This document shows positions 1-12,717 of a stretch of DNA of 64,000 bases, in pieces (the stretch's first letter is position 1; the number at the start of each line of letters is the position of its first letter). Both the position numbers and the translations under genes were made by a program. The DNA is from Perkinsela sp. CCAP 1560/9. Its lineage: Eukaryota > Protista > Euglenozoa: Kinetoplastea. The notes under the pieces were generated by a model. That model was not told the DNA's origin and searched no databases. It saw nothing but the letters and a program-made list of their open reading frames with translations. The DNA lies in the NCBI GenBank assembly GCA_965644495.1, contig CBFFSA010000001.1:1612001-1676000 (forward strand), in the 5' to 3' direction.

Positions 1-449
1 TTGTTTAATTCGTAGTGCTTGTTACAATTCTTGCACCGGAAACGCCCCTCCCCATTCCACCAGGTGTCTGAAACGTTGTCTCTGTGTCTGTGGTGAACGT
101 GATTGTAGAATGCCCTCCATTGACCTCCGTGTGGCTCGGTCTTCCATGTGCAGCCTTCAGCAGGGCATTCCCGTACCTTGTTTTGTATGTGTGACCGTTC
201 TGTCGAGACTGGTTGAGTTGAGGCCCTTCGGGAGCTTTGATCGTGGCGTTTGCGCTTACCTTCCGGGGAGTAGGGGACTTGGCCTACTGCTGTATCTGTG
301 GCTGCCCCATCGCTGCTATCGCTTGCCGAATCGTGTTTCGCTTGAAAGTGGGAGGATTTCTTGGGACTTTTCTTCTTTTTCCGACCTTTATTATGTCCGG
401 ACACAGAGAAGCTAAGCTCTCGAGGCGTAAGATCAGGAAAAAACATCTT

Positions 450-884
450 TTAGGTTTCACAATTGTACGCGTTACGGTTGGACGTCCGAACGTGGCGCTC
501 GAACTTCTCTTTCACAGCCTTGTTTGTGGATTTTTGTTGGCTGGGTGAGAGAGAATCCGCTCCGGAAAATTGAAATTCGGAATGCTCGGATGGTTGCACC
601 CCACAGAAAAGTTCTTCTTCGGTACATGTCTGGTGGTGCCCAGTGTCAGGTGTTTCGCCTTCTATGGATCTTTCGATGATCATCGAGATTTCGTCGGCCT
701 GTCGCAAAGATTCGGGTGAAGGGTCCGTTGGAAGTGGCGTCGTGTATAAGTTCTCATCATAAGTGCTTGCGCCTTCAATGAGGTCTTTGTTCGCAGCGAA
801 TTGATCCCAGGAGCCGAGCTTGTGTGCCTCCGCCTCGCGATCGAAGTTTGAGTCTTTCTTTTCCTTAGAACGTGTCAGTACCAT
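450..884 (-). CDS. LsmAD-domain (ataxin-2/PBP1-like) protein, short; possibly a retrocopy
   Basis: WDQFAANKDLIEGASTYDENLYTT resembles the LsmAD motif (WDQF..N....g..stydE.lYTT). ATG at 884 follows a pyrimidine tract. Confidence 0.65.
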   Translation of the reverse strand: MVLTRSKEKKDSNFDREAEAHKLGSWDQFAANKDLIEGASTYDENLYTTPLPTDPSPESLRQADEISMIIERSIEGETPDTGHHQTCTEEELFCGVQPSEHSEFQFSGADSLSPSQQKSTNKAVKEKFERHVRTSNRNAYNCET

Positions 885-926
885 GAAAAGAAAGAATGGC
901 TTAGGGTAAAGAAAAGGAAAATAATT

Positions 927-960
927 CAACAAGGTACAGAAACTGTATCTTTATCGTTTT
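927..960 (-). other. Spliced-leader (mini-exon) relic
   Basis: Minus strand AAAACGATAAAGATACAGTTTCTGTACCTTGTTG contains GATACAGTTTCTGTAC, the conserved 3' part of the kinetoplastid SL. It ends in TTG and is not followed by a GT donor. Confidence 0.75.
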
Positions 961-1269
961 TTTTTTGCGTGTTTGAAAAAAAATCTCGGAGTCATTTCTC
1001 CTATGAAATCCTATAGGCTCTCGAAGCAGGAAGTCATGTATGATAATGAGAAATGTTCACCTTCCCCCCTTCTCTCAATTTTCGAAGAGAAACTATCCCA
1101 AAAATGGTATTCTATATATTTGATCTTATTCTTTTGAATACTTTATATCCGTAATACAAAATTGTTTATAATAATACAAAAGGTTTCTAAAAACTTATGT
1201 TCTTTCCCTTTATTCTTGTCATTATATAGCACATTCGTTCTCGTGAGCGTCTCTTTTCAGGAATTTGCG

Positions 1270-2050
1270 CAGTTGTGAATAAACGACCGCGCCATTCAAC
1301 TCCTGTAGTATTGATTGAAATTCTGATTTTACGGCCTGACGGGGACGTTCACTTGCGTCTGCAAGTGCTGACAAAAGCGCCTGCGTGTCTGAATGCATAG
1401 AACCTCCTGACAGAATTGGTATGCAACGAAAGGCCTCTTCATTTATTTTTCCGCTTTTGACGTAGGTGTCGTTCTTCCGCTTGATTGCCTCACGAAAAAG
1501 TTGGGGGCATTTCGTCGCAAGATTTGATGGTGCAAGCTCATGAATTACCGTCAGGTCGTAGTAAATTTCACCACTTGCCTAGTAAATCACAAGGTCGGGT
1601 CCTGATCGGCAAAATGATTTTCCTCCGCACGTTTTTTCGTGTGTACGCTTGTGGCTCGGGTCCACTGTTTCACCACATTGCGTGCAGCGGAGAGTGGAAA
1701 AGGAACGTGGTTCCTTCTCACATGGGATACCTGTTTTCGTGCATAATTCGTATAGGTGATTGACGAGTAAGCTGTGTTTTACTGTTGCATTTAGGCCTGC
1801 ACATTTGGAGCATCCAGCAACGTGTCGTATCATGTTGTCGGCATTCAAAAGAGTTTTGCATCCTGGGCACACGGTATGAGACGGAAGGTCGGGGTGCGCA
1901 ATTCCTAATCTCGGCATAATGGCGAGTCGAAACAAATGTGGTGGGATTAGACGTGAGGATTAGACGAAACAAATGTGGTGGGAGAGTACCCATTCATTAT
2001 TACCTTTATTTTCAGTGATTTTTGACATATCCGATGATTCGTTGATGAGC
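1270..2050 (-). mobile_element. CRE/SLACS-like non-LTR retroposon, C-terminal Zn-finger/RLE fragment
   Basis: RLGIAH..CPGC..HVAGC..KH..CEKEPR..GPDLVIY: CCHC motif plus PD-(D/E)xK start. Frame disrupted. Confidence 0.7.
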
Positions 2051-2059
2051 CTGTTCCAA

Positions 2060-5000
2060 GGACAATGCCTGTTCCAAGGCAATGCGACGTGCCCGCGCGC
2101 TACCTGCGTGAACAGGTGCGTAACGGCCCCCCTTTTGATCGAGTGGGTCCCGAAGCCCTGCCCCAAGATTCTCTTTATCTTCCCGTCCATCTCGCGGGCT
2201 GTTGTGCTCGTTAGTTTTTGTCCCAGCCTCAGCTGTTGCACATGTTGGGCGATCTCCGGTGTTCGTGCGCCCTGAATCGTGGTACACATTGATAGTCGGT
2301 AAGGGTTTAGACGTGTCGCTTTCGTGTTTCGACCCCAGTAAACGATGACCTCGCCGACGTATTTTTACGAACCTTTCCATTGTGAGCTCGGCGACTTCTG
2401 TCCATCGAGCCGCTGCCTTCCAGCATATCAAGACGGCTATTGAGTCGCTTGTCGATAGCTTTTGCCTGAGGTTGTTGAGTAGCCGTGGTGTAAGGGGCTG
2501 CATTTGTCTTGTTGGTTCCAGGGCTCCTCTTGCTTGCAAGGCTTTTGCGTAGAGTTTGAGGGGAACTGGATCTTGCTGACTTAACTGAAAGATTTGCAGA
2601 CTTCTGGCGTAACTCAGGGTCGTAGATGGTGCGAGTCCGACTTGATTTAGGAATAAAACTGCTTGTACGGGATCGATTCGGGCCCCAGTTCGAGAGCAGA
2701 ACTGGTCGAGTCGGTTCCACAGGCGCGATCGGGTGTTCCATGTCGCGTTTGTCCACATGGGGCTTATGGCCTGCTGGAGTGGAGCCGCAAACGGGGACGT
2801 CGGATGTATCCTTACGATTGTACATGCCAACTCTTGTTGGTTGGTTGTAGTGCGGTTTTCGCGTTCGGTAAGGTTGGCGCGTGGTTTCTTTAGTGGACAT
2901 AGGTTTGGGCCCTGTCGTTTGGTCGAGAGTTGCTTTGGACGAGGCACCGCTGCAGCTCTCTTGCGGGTTGAGTTTATCGTGGCAACACGGAAAGATGGAA
3001 TACAACGCTGCAACAAAACCCTCGATACACCTGGAGATATGACCCGCCGCTTCTTCAGCGGCTGGGCACGAGCGATATGAGGGGGGGCATTCCCTAGAAG
3101 CCCCTCTTTGCACCAGCAGTGCCGCTCATCACTCCTCCACGAAAACCCGGAGCCGTGCGAGTAGAGGCTTGCTGATTCAGCGGGCAATTAGCACGAAAGT
3201 GCCCCGGCTTGTGACAACGGTAGCACAGCAGCCCCTGGCGACTCGTCGTCGACTTTGAAACCGTCATGATGCGTAATTTCTCTTCTGCCACCGCCTTGGA
3301 ATACGCATCCATGGAGTCATCATTTTTATGAAGCTTCAGTTGGACACGCTCAACTGGAATTCCTACGGCGCTCCAGTAGTTATTCCGCAACTCTTCGATA
3401 GCAGTCCGAACTACTTCGATGAAATGCTCTTCCCGCCAATACGGCACTACTCGCGCAGCCTGGACCCACTCCTGTACAATCTTGAAGAGACGTTCACGGA
3501 TCGGGGTCGAGTTCAAGAGTAATCCGAATTCCGGGGCAGCTCGCAGATCACGAATTAGGTCTCGCACACGCAACTAATCGGCTAATTCTAACCAGGGAAA
3601 TCAACGTCGAGATTCACATTAGATAAAGAATAATAAACCCAAACAATATCCTAAAACACAATCTTTCGTAATGATTTTCCCTTTTATACAGTGGTTTCAG
3701 TTGATCTTGCCCCCCCCTCGGAATTTTGATTTTTTTTATCCATTTTTGCTCATCTTTGCAGCATTGGAGAGATCTCGTTCCCCTAGCGAAGAGCTTTGCC
3801 GCCTTTTTTTCATAGAGACCCCAGGGTACTCCCTGGGTGACCCGAAAGTTGACCAAAATAAAAAATGACATTTTTTTACCATATCAAAAATGGAGCAAAA
3901 AACGGATTTTATGTCCAAAAGTTAACTCTGAAGGAAAAGAACTAGTGTCCGGAATGGCCTCCATTGTTTTGCAACACTTTTTGAAGTCTATTAGGGACTG
4001 AATCAATTGTGTTGCACACTTTACGTTTTTCTTAAGGACGTTTTAGAATCTGAAAAGCTTTTTTAATGGCATCGGCGAGGGTAGCATGATTGTGGGGCTT
4101 AATTTTTTTCTTTATGATACCGTTCATTTGTTTCCAAACATTTTCTATTGGATTTAAATCAGGCGAATTCGCTGGCCAAGACAATTGTTTAATACGATAT
4201 TTTATCAATTCACCTTTTGCCAAGTTATGGGTGGTAGCATTATCCATTTGCACAGTCACATTGTCGACGTGGTCTGTGAGATAATATAAAAACCCATTAG
4301 GCTTCTGAAAGGAGTCAAGGATCACTCCCCCAGTGACCTTGTGCGCATTTTCGTAAGTTGTATTGTCATTGGGTTCAAACACGTGCAAGAAAAATCCGTG
4401 TTCTACACTAATACCCATCCAAGCCATTACCCCCTTCCCCCCATACCACCTACGGTTTCTGCAGCGAAGTTTTCTTTGGCACCCTTTAGGTCCAATGAAA
4501 AACTGAGACCCATGAACCCCACAGGTAAACAATTTTTCATCGATCCAAATGATTTTGTTTAAATCTTCTTTAGGCCATGTAAGCAATTCCTTTGCTAATC
4601 TCAAACGCTGCGACTTGTGTTCCTCAGTTAGGTCACAGTTCGGCGACTTAGCCCATCTACCGTAATCAATATTTTTCAAAATAGTTCTTATTTTGTTTAA
4701 CGAACATTTATACCCCATATTCAGCACTTGCTCGTGTATCCAAGTATAAGTTAAGCAACCATCGTACGTTTCGTTTTCATCATCCATTTTTGTTTGCACC
4801 TCCGTAATGCTCAACTCAAAGTAGTTGATTTTCGGGTGCGGTAATGGATACTTCGTTGTCCGATCATCATCCCACACTGCACAGAGAACGTCAGAGGTAC
4901 GATCGTCTGGAAACCGGAACGACACGCTCCCCACTACCTGATACGTTTCGATTTCATCCCGTTCCCCCCACTTCGCTGTAACCCGCACCTTGTGCCCTTT

Positions 5001-5230
5001 GCGCAACAGAATGCGAATCTTTTTCTCAAACTGGTCCAAATCTTCCTTGGGCATGATCTCATCACCCTCACCGCTCCGAAGCAAGGCTGCAATCTGGTCA
5101 GGATCGAGCGTATGTCTTCGCGCACTAAGTGTCGCCAGGTTGTCGGGTCGTGATGACGGTGATATAGAACGGCGTACGGCGTCGACAATATTTGGCATAA
5201 AATATAAAACTTGTGGTATCGTGTAGGTTG
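2060..5230 (-). mobile_element. VIPER-like YR retroelement copy 1 (gag + tyrosine recombinase), interrupted by Tc1
   Basis: Gag with zinc knuckle CYRCHKPGHFRANC (3094-3573; N-terminus 4800-5198). YR motifs WKAAARWTEV and FGTHSIKRGA. Homologous to 14460-16790. Confidence 0.8.
3689..4800 (-). mobile_element. Tc1/mariner (DD34E-type) transposon, 5'-truncated
   Basis: IWIDEK / QMDNATTH / PANSPDLNPIENVW. Terminus TA|CAGTGGTTTCAGTTG at 3689; the same end recurs inverted at ~61716-61850. Confidence 0.85.
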
Positions 5231-5344
5231 AAAAAAGGAGAATGGCCTATTCATATTAGTATCTCATGTTATTCTGTAGATTACTTTTCAGATTCAAATA
5301 CATGGTTCCCCCCGAAGGAGGCAGCATAAAATAATCTCTCCTAA

Positions 5345-6521
5345 ATTTCGTATCGTAAACTTCTATTACTCTGGACGCTTTTTTGACGCAGCCGTCTAAA
5401 ACAAGACTTGTGGATTTCTTAATTGCGCGATTGTCCTGTTGTACGTTCCGGTTCTCCTCGAAGTCTTGCGACTGAGAGGGCGTTAAGGGGCGTCGTCGGC
5501 GACGTTTAGCACTGACTTTCCGTATCGTCGCAAGTGAATGTTTCATCGTTGACAGAATTTTGCTCCAAATCTTGTTACGTTGCGGGTACAGGCTTTCGGC
5601 GTAATCGCGGAGTATATCCCGGTAAATGGCAACAACGCAGGGAACGAATTGCGGAGAGATTGAACGTAGCGTCGGCATAGGTTCAAGGTCGAGATCAGCT
5701 TCGGTATGATATGTGGGACCCATTTTCATATTGGGGGTGCTGGATCTCTTCTCGCGTAGGTTCTCATTTGCTTTCGTGTCCCATGTTATCTTGAAAATTC
5801 GTACGTTCACGTGTGGTGGAATGTGGCCTGTAAAAATTTTTCCTACCTGGTGGCCTTGAATTCCTTCGTATTCGATTCTGAATTTTCGTTTATGTGCTCG
5901 TCGCTGCACGCTTCGCACCGTTCCGCGTGACACATTCAAGTTGGATGTGCAATCGAAACTCCATGCTATTGTGAATTTGTCTCCAGGTTTTGCATCTTGT
6001 GAAATTTCGCACACTTCATCCGGTGGAATCGGAAACTGGATCGCTGGGTTAATCGCTAACAGCTCGTCGTCAATGGTTGGTGAAGGTTCGTCAATTGTTG
6101 GGTATTGCGCTACCTCATCATAGTTACACTGAGCTTCATCTATTGGCGATTCGCAATCTAGAAACTCGCAGGCAATGGGGTCCGGTGATGATATCGCAGT
6201 CTCTCCTGGACAATTCTCCGGTGTATTCTGGGGTGATATGGAGTGAGTCGCACTTTTGCCTATATTTAACGTGATCGGATCGCCTTGAAGTGGATTTACT
6301 GCAAATATGTCAAAGGCGTGCACGTCGTGGACATATCCTTCGCCATTGAAAGAGCATCCTTTTGAGGGTATTGGTATGTATGTGGCATTGTTTTGTTGAT
6401 GAGAGTTTTCGGTGTTAAAAATTGCTCCTGACATGGCATTTGTTGCCGCTGTGAGTGCCGATGCCGCGACTGCGCACGTTTTCAGTAAGAGTAAAAATAG
6501 AAACAACAAATGAAACAACAA
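5345..6521 (-). mobile_element. CRE-like retroposon N-terminal ORF fragment
   Basis: EPMPTLRSI...RAIKKSTSLVLDGCVKKASRV resembles the pre-RT region of CRE-type elements. Shares a ~120-aa domain with 6922-8300. Confidence 0.5.
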
Positions 6522-6921
6522 ATTAATGCTAAAGTGAAAAATTGAGAGGGCACGAAACGCACATTAGAAAAGATCCAATCGTTATTCCCTTTATAAGCTG
6601 TCTTTTCCAACACCTTCGCTGTGCAAGATGAACTCTTTTTCACTTTTTCTAAAATTTGTGCATGTAGTACTGCAGCCGTCGTTATTTCGTCTTCGGGGGG
6701 GGCCTACAATGCTCGAGATTTTTTGCAGGGGTGACAGTCGCACTGTTTTCAGTCTGAGCTGAATTATCAAAATGGCGCTCTAAAACTGAAAATCGTGACG
6801 AACTGAAAGCCGCCTCGCGCGTCGAAGAACAATCGGTTAACAATCGGTTAAGAGGGCGGCGAAGAGAGTGGCGAAGAGAGGTGTTGCATGTTGATTTTTC
6901 ACTTAACATTTTTCACTTAAC

Positions 6922-8300
6922 ATGGGTATGCTGACGCGTGCCGCGGCGAAACTTCTAGGTGTCAGTCCGGAAGTCGCTCCCCTTCCCCCCACCAGGCGAA
7001 AAAGCAAGAAATCATCGAAAGAGTCATCGAGAGAGCCAAAAGAACTATCGCTTCCAACAGCTCAGCTGTCCACGAACGACCTTTCGCCACAAGCATCATC
7101 TCTTCCACGGCACTCGCGCTCAGCGCCACGTACCCCCTCACCCCACGAAAAGCCCACTCGTCCGAGAATACGCGTCATCATAGGAAAAGATAAGGAGCAC
7201 GGTCAGAAGGAGCGCAGTCTACACGAAACTCCGCATTCCATAAATACCTTTGGTAAAATAAACTCTCCGAACACCTGCGAAAGGGAAAGCTACGCGTCGT
7301 GTTTAGGAACAAAATCACCAGCTAGGACACAAATAAAGAAGACGAGCATAACAAAAGAGTGCAGCCGCCCCGATGGAGAATCAAATATATCAAACGCTAC
7401 CGCAATCAACCGATGCCGTGAGAGCGCAGAAGCACACGAAGGATTGTATTATGACGTTCACCGGGAAAAAATTTTCGACGACGACGTTGAAGGAAATGTT
7501 GAGTTCTTGAGATCTAATCGTATGAAAATGAACATTCCACCTTCAGACGCGAACATGCCGGTTGTTTCTTTGCGCAATTATATACGCCGACCCAAACTCA
7601 ACTTAGTCGCACGCGAGGAGAGTAACTGCTCAATGGAATCAGAACTTCCCGGGACTCAGAGCCAGGAGACGACAGAGTCGAATGACGAGCAGTCACAGCG
7701 GACAGCGACGGCGCAACCCATTACCTCGGAAGACGCGGTAGTTGCGAATGATTATAAGACGGAATCTAATGCGTCGTTTAACGACTGTTCGTCACCACCC
7801 CCGATTCCTGAGCCCATCGAAGCAGAAAGTACACATGCTGAGTATCAACTCCGTGACTCCGCCGCATTTCATGATAATTCGCAGACAAATGACTTAGTTT
7901 ACAAGCTCCTGACCACCATAAGCCCTGATGTCCACTTTCCCGTTCCACCGGACACTATACGGGAGCAATTGCGCATGGCAAAGGTCGGAGATTCATGTAT
8001 TGTAGCGTGGAGCTTTGACCAAACACCACGACTCAATATTTCTAGCGGAGTGGTACAAGCGACCCAAAAAAGAGGCACAAAGCGGAAGCTGGCTATAAAA
8101 TACACCGGCATTCACGGATACAAGGTAGAAGAGAGCTTTTCGGGCCATATTCCTCCGCAAGCTAATGTGCGGATCTACAAATTAATTTGGGATTCTGGCA
8201 ACATTGAATCTTCAACTGCTGCTCCAACGCAAACGATATGCATCTCTACCGACAGCGATCTTGACCATGAGCCAATGCCAACCCTCCGCACAGTAAGCCA
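6922..8300 (+). mobile_element. CRE-like retroposon N-terminal ORF fragment (paralog of 5345-6521)
   Basis: FPVPPD..AKVGD..VAWSFD..LNISSG..GHIPP..NVRIYK..WD..DLDHEPMPTLR aligns with the divergently oriented ORF. Truncated by a YR element. Confidence 0.5.
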
Positions 8301-8344
8301 ATGGAATCAAAGTCGAACCGGGATGTTTGGCTACGGCCGCCTGA

Positions 8345-9950
8345 GACACAGCTAAAGATGTATGCTGTGCAATTCCGGGGGCGAACGAAAAACCCATGGG
8401 CAAAACATTCCAACGAAACGTTTTGAACAGTCCACGTTGATCCCCAACTTTGGAACAAAGTACATTAGCAAATGATTCATGCAGCTCAAACTGATAGAAG
8501 AACGACTTCCCGTCTCGCTGGAACAAGAAACGAGGTTCCAACATTGCAAATAAAACGCGTTCAATCAGCGGTAGCCGCATATCTCCCGGTCGTGGAAGCA
8601 ACTTGTTCAAGGCCCTGCAATCACCAATAAGTCGCGAATTCATGGCTCCCGACTTAGGCACTTTGAATAATGGTACATTTATTCGGGTAGAGTGTTTATC
8701 AACCTCCGAAAATATTCCGTTTTCCACCAACTGTGGCATTTCCCGAAGCAAATGTCTAGATACAAAGTTTTTACCGAGAATTGGGCCCTGAAGATTATCG
8801 ACAATGCGAGCAACCCTGTCCATCATTATCCAAGCCAAAAAGTTTCACAGTTCTAGGGAAGCGTCGATCTGTAATATGTATTTCAAGTCAATCCTCGTGT
8901 GACATACCGATGCAAGAGGTAACTGACACGGAATGGGTTTGCGATTTGGAGCTTTCCAGTCAAACTCAGAATCATAGATCCCAATGCGTGAGGCAAAATC
9001 CGAAGAGAACATCGAAACAGCAAAGTGCACCGGTTCATCATCTTCACACAGGGCTTTTAAAATGTGATTTGGACATTCCCAGAGAGGGTATGGACAAGGT
9101 ATGGGTCGTATCAGAACTGTTTTCTCCGACCTGCAGCAATTGGGTTCCAAATTTTCAGAATCTGTGCTGCCAAACATCGCGACATGCGCCGTTGTAACCT
9201 CCCTTCCTTCTGGGAAGGAGTCGGATCCACGTATCGTCGAGCTCCCCGACCAGCAGTCGTGCCTTGTGGCGTAATGCCCGTCGCAAGCTCTATCTCGTCC
9301 ATACGGAATCCCATTTCGGCCAAGGACTTTGCTGCACCTCTGCGACAAGAATGTGGAGTAAGAAGTCGATTCTCCCGTTTGAGTGCCGCATACGTGCACC
9401 TGTACGTCGCAAAACGACTTCGATTTGGAATCACGTCCCACAATTCCCGTGGAATTTCCGGGTATTGTGTGAAGGCACGATCGCCATAGCGATCGCATTT
9501 CCAGGTCTTCCACTCCAAGGTCAGAAGGCGGGGCGCCTAACTGTATTTCCACAGCCTGTGTAGATCTTGATGCCTCGACGCACTCAGATACATTATCAAT
9601 ATTGTCGACGCAGCCTCCGTACCTGACTGCACAATATTGAGTACACTTTCGGCCGATATGGGCACAGCTCGAGCTAACGCCTTTAGCCCTCCTTCCTTCC
9701 TGACGCATTTTAGAAGAACTTTGTATTGGCCTGGGTAAGAATTGGTAAACATGCTCTGCAGAACTCTGCCGTACATTGCCGCTGTTGAGGGCTTGTAATT
9801 TTCCCTCCAAATCTGAAGGCAAGCAACCGCATTTCTGCCTGATTTTTCGAACATCTGTTTCACTCTCTGCCGAAGCCGTACGTGGCTTTCCGACACATCG
9901 ACTGACTCTTTGCCCTTTCTTTCCTGAAGTACTTGAGTGGGGCTCACGGC
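8345..9950 (-). mobile_element. YR retroelement (DIRS/VIPER-related): recombinase plus RT fragment
   Basis: YR: SASRHQDL, LTPHSCRRGAA, ARRY. RT: LFKVPK..SRLIGDCRALN, DGKSFFYQF, WNVLPMGFSFAP. Confidence 0.8.
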
Positions 9951-11695
9951 TCAAACTTTTCTTTCGAAAGCATTGCCGTGCCTCGGAGCACAGGCAAATT
10001 TATCGACCGAGGGCCTTCTCAAGTTCGTAAGTGCATACGAAGGAGCACGCCCTGACATTTCCCCGGACCAAATTATTTCGAAGCTACCGTGCGCCAAAAA
10101 ATTCCACCTCTCCGAGAAAGGCCTGGCTACCGAAATATGGGAGCTAGTCCACAAGACGGTTTCTGAAAGCGCCTTCTTTGGTATAGCTGTGGACGGAGGG
10201 ATCGACAACGTGAAGCATCAAAACATATTAGTCAGTGTTTTGTACGCAGGAGCCAATTCGTTTGTTCTGCCTCCAATCTATCACAAACGTTTCAAAGCTT
10301 TTAATGGGATTGAGATGGCGAAATCTATCGTTAGTATGCTACGCAGCGGCCTAGGTGACGGAGTTCAAAAGCTTCGTTACTTCATGGTCGATGGGTGCGG
10401 CGTGAATCACGTTGCACGACAGGCCACGGAGCGTGAACTTTGTGATATTTATGATCGAATATCTCCTGTCGGGACTGAGGATGTCACAAACGTGTGTAAT
10501 GGGATTCGCATGGCTGTACCGTGCGTGAAAGAATTATCGTGCTTCGGACACATTCTCAACCTAATTGCCGGAGATACTATTGTACCGTATCAATCATTAC
10601 CCGTTATGTGTCTCAGAGATGCCTTTGCGCATATTTTCTGGTCAGGAGGAAAACCGAGTGCAAAGAAAGGTAAGTATATGGGACGTGCGATCGAAGAAAT
10701 CTTGTGCTCCGTGGATGAAGAAACCCGTGATGCTGTGCAACTGTTCTCTCAATGGTACCAAATTCTGGGGGATATCAATGTGCCCAACGAATTCCGTTCA
10801 TCTCATGTCAATGATCTTTGCAGCGCTCTTGAAATTATTAAAAATGTATGTGTAGAGCCTGTGCAGTCTCTTCTTATGACGTTACGCGGGAATGGTACCT
10901 TTGAGGAAAAGCACTTTGAACTAGTAGAAAAAGGCCCGTTGATCATGGAAGCTGTGGAACGCACGAAGCGAATAAATAAATTACCTGCCCCTAAATTGGG
11001 TGGAGCTACCAGATGGTGTACCGGCCGCTTCGAAAGTTTGCAGTACATTGCAGAAAATCTCCCAACCATTACTCGGTTTGTATATGATGAAGTTACTTCG
11101 GGAAATGCGTCGGATTCTATCAAGAAATGTGCGGAAATTATAAAAGAAAGCGACCCCCAAGATTTGATGGGACAAGCACGCGAAATATTAAAACAGTTAG
11201 AGGTTGTCCATAAGTCGTTGAAATAGTTGTCAGATATGCCTAATGAGCCCATGGCGTTGGTCCCATATCCAATTTTACAGCGATGGAAGTCTGAAAGTGA
11301 GAAGGAAAATGCTAATCCTGAGTTAATAAAATCCCTACAGAAGCATAAACAGCGACTTGAAAATAAAGCATACATGTATTATTGGTGCGCAGTAATGAGT
11401 TTTTCTCCATTGCACATTTTTTTGAGCAGGAAGCATCCGACAGCACAATACCCCGTCATTAGCGTTGGTGTGGCAAACGACGTTTTCCCTGCTTTCCATT
11501 ATGGGATGGAAGTATAACCCGCGTCAAGCCTCCCTTAATAGCGATGTAATCGCCACTCAAATGTTTCTTCGAGGTAATCTAAATAAATTGACTTATCTTT
11601 GTAAAGCTCCAGCCGATACACAGACAAATGAAGACGGATACAAAAGCGAAGGGGAAGATGAAACAGAACCTAGCGGATCGGAGCACAACATATAG
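9937..11695 (+). mobile_element. hAT-like transposase (degenerate)
   Basis: FGIAVDGGID, FMVDGCGVN, CFGHILNL (CxxH), TRW. In-frame stop at 11224-11226. Confidence 0.7.
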
Positions 11696-12340
11696 TTTGA
11701 ATTACATTTTCTTTATAAATTATATCCTAAAAAATCCCTGAATTCTGCAGCACGTGATCTAACCACGTTTAGTTTCTTATTATGCTTGTATTTTTCAAGA
11801 TTAGTTATATTGAAGCATACAGTATAGTTATAAAAAGGTAGTTATATGGAATACAATTGGGGGGTAGGCTTCCGGTGGGCCTAGGGGGTGTACACCAAAA
11901 AATTTTGTTTTGGGGTTTTTTCCATGATTTGTTTGATGCTTCTAGGAAGCATGAGAGCTGTACTTTTCCCCCGCACTAACACTTAATTTGAATTTTGTAA
12001 CGCGCGCTACTTTTCATATTATTCGTACACGCCATTGAGGCTATATTTTTAAACACATCATTAATCGTAATGTTTTTAAATTAATTTATAAACTTTCCCT
12101 ACTTTTCTAAACATGTAGGTATTCTTGTACATGAATTTGATTACCTCCCGGACTCATTTTTCTTGTAACTAGGATCTTCCTCCACGTAAATACTCTGCTC
12201 CGTGGTAAACACTCGCGTTTCTTCGCGATGACGTCCTGTTCGACACGCGATTCTACGCGATGGCGTCCGATAACCCCAGACGATCTGTTACCCACACGTT
12301 ACGTCGACGATTGTGCGTCAAATCTCAGGTAGCTTTTGAA

Positions 12341-12420
12341 TGTGGTAATTGGGTAATTGAAATGTGGTAATTACCACCTATTACCACACATGTGGTAAAT
12401 TACCACATTACCACATCCAG
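12341..12420. repeat. GTGGTAA/TTACCAC direct and inverted repeat cluster (probable transposon subterminus)
   Basis: About eight copies in both orientations within 80 bp. Confidence 0.6.
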
Positions 12421-12429
12421 GGTGTGTCA

Positions 12430-12717
12430 CAAATTGTGACTGCCTTAGCTTCCGCGTGGTTTATCTCATACTTGAATTCAGGGGGCCATGAGTCACCGGT
12501 TATTTGAACCTGGCCGTCATCAAGGTATAACACAGCACCCCATCCCTTACTCGAGGCGTCCGTATACAAGCGGTGCTTATGCGGCACCACATCAGGATGT
12601 GGTGGAGGGTCAATTGGCACGTTCTTCAATACTTCGCGCCATTCCGCTAAAATGCATCGTGTGGGCTTCGGGAGAGGGACAGACGTATCCGCTAAGTGTA
12701 GGTTCCGATTTAGGACA
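12430..12717 (-). mobile_element. RNase H fragment of a VIPER/DIRS-type element
   Basis: LYTDASSKGWGAV...INHAEAKAV. Confidence 0.8.

Noticed and set aside
927-960. Functional SL RNA gene
   Set aside because: No GT donor or SL intron downstream, and not tandemly repeated.
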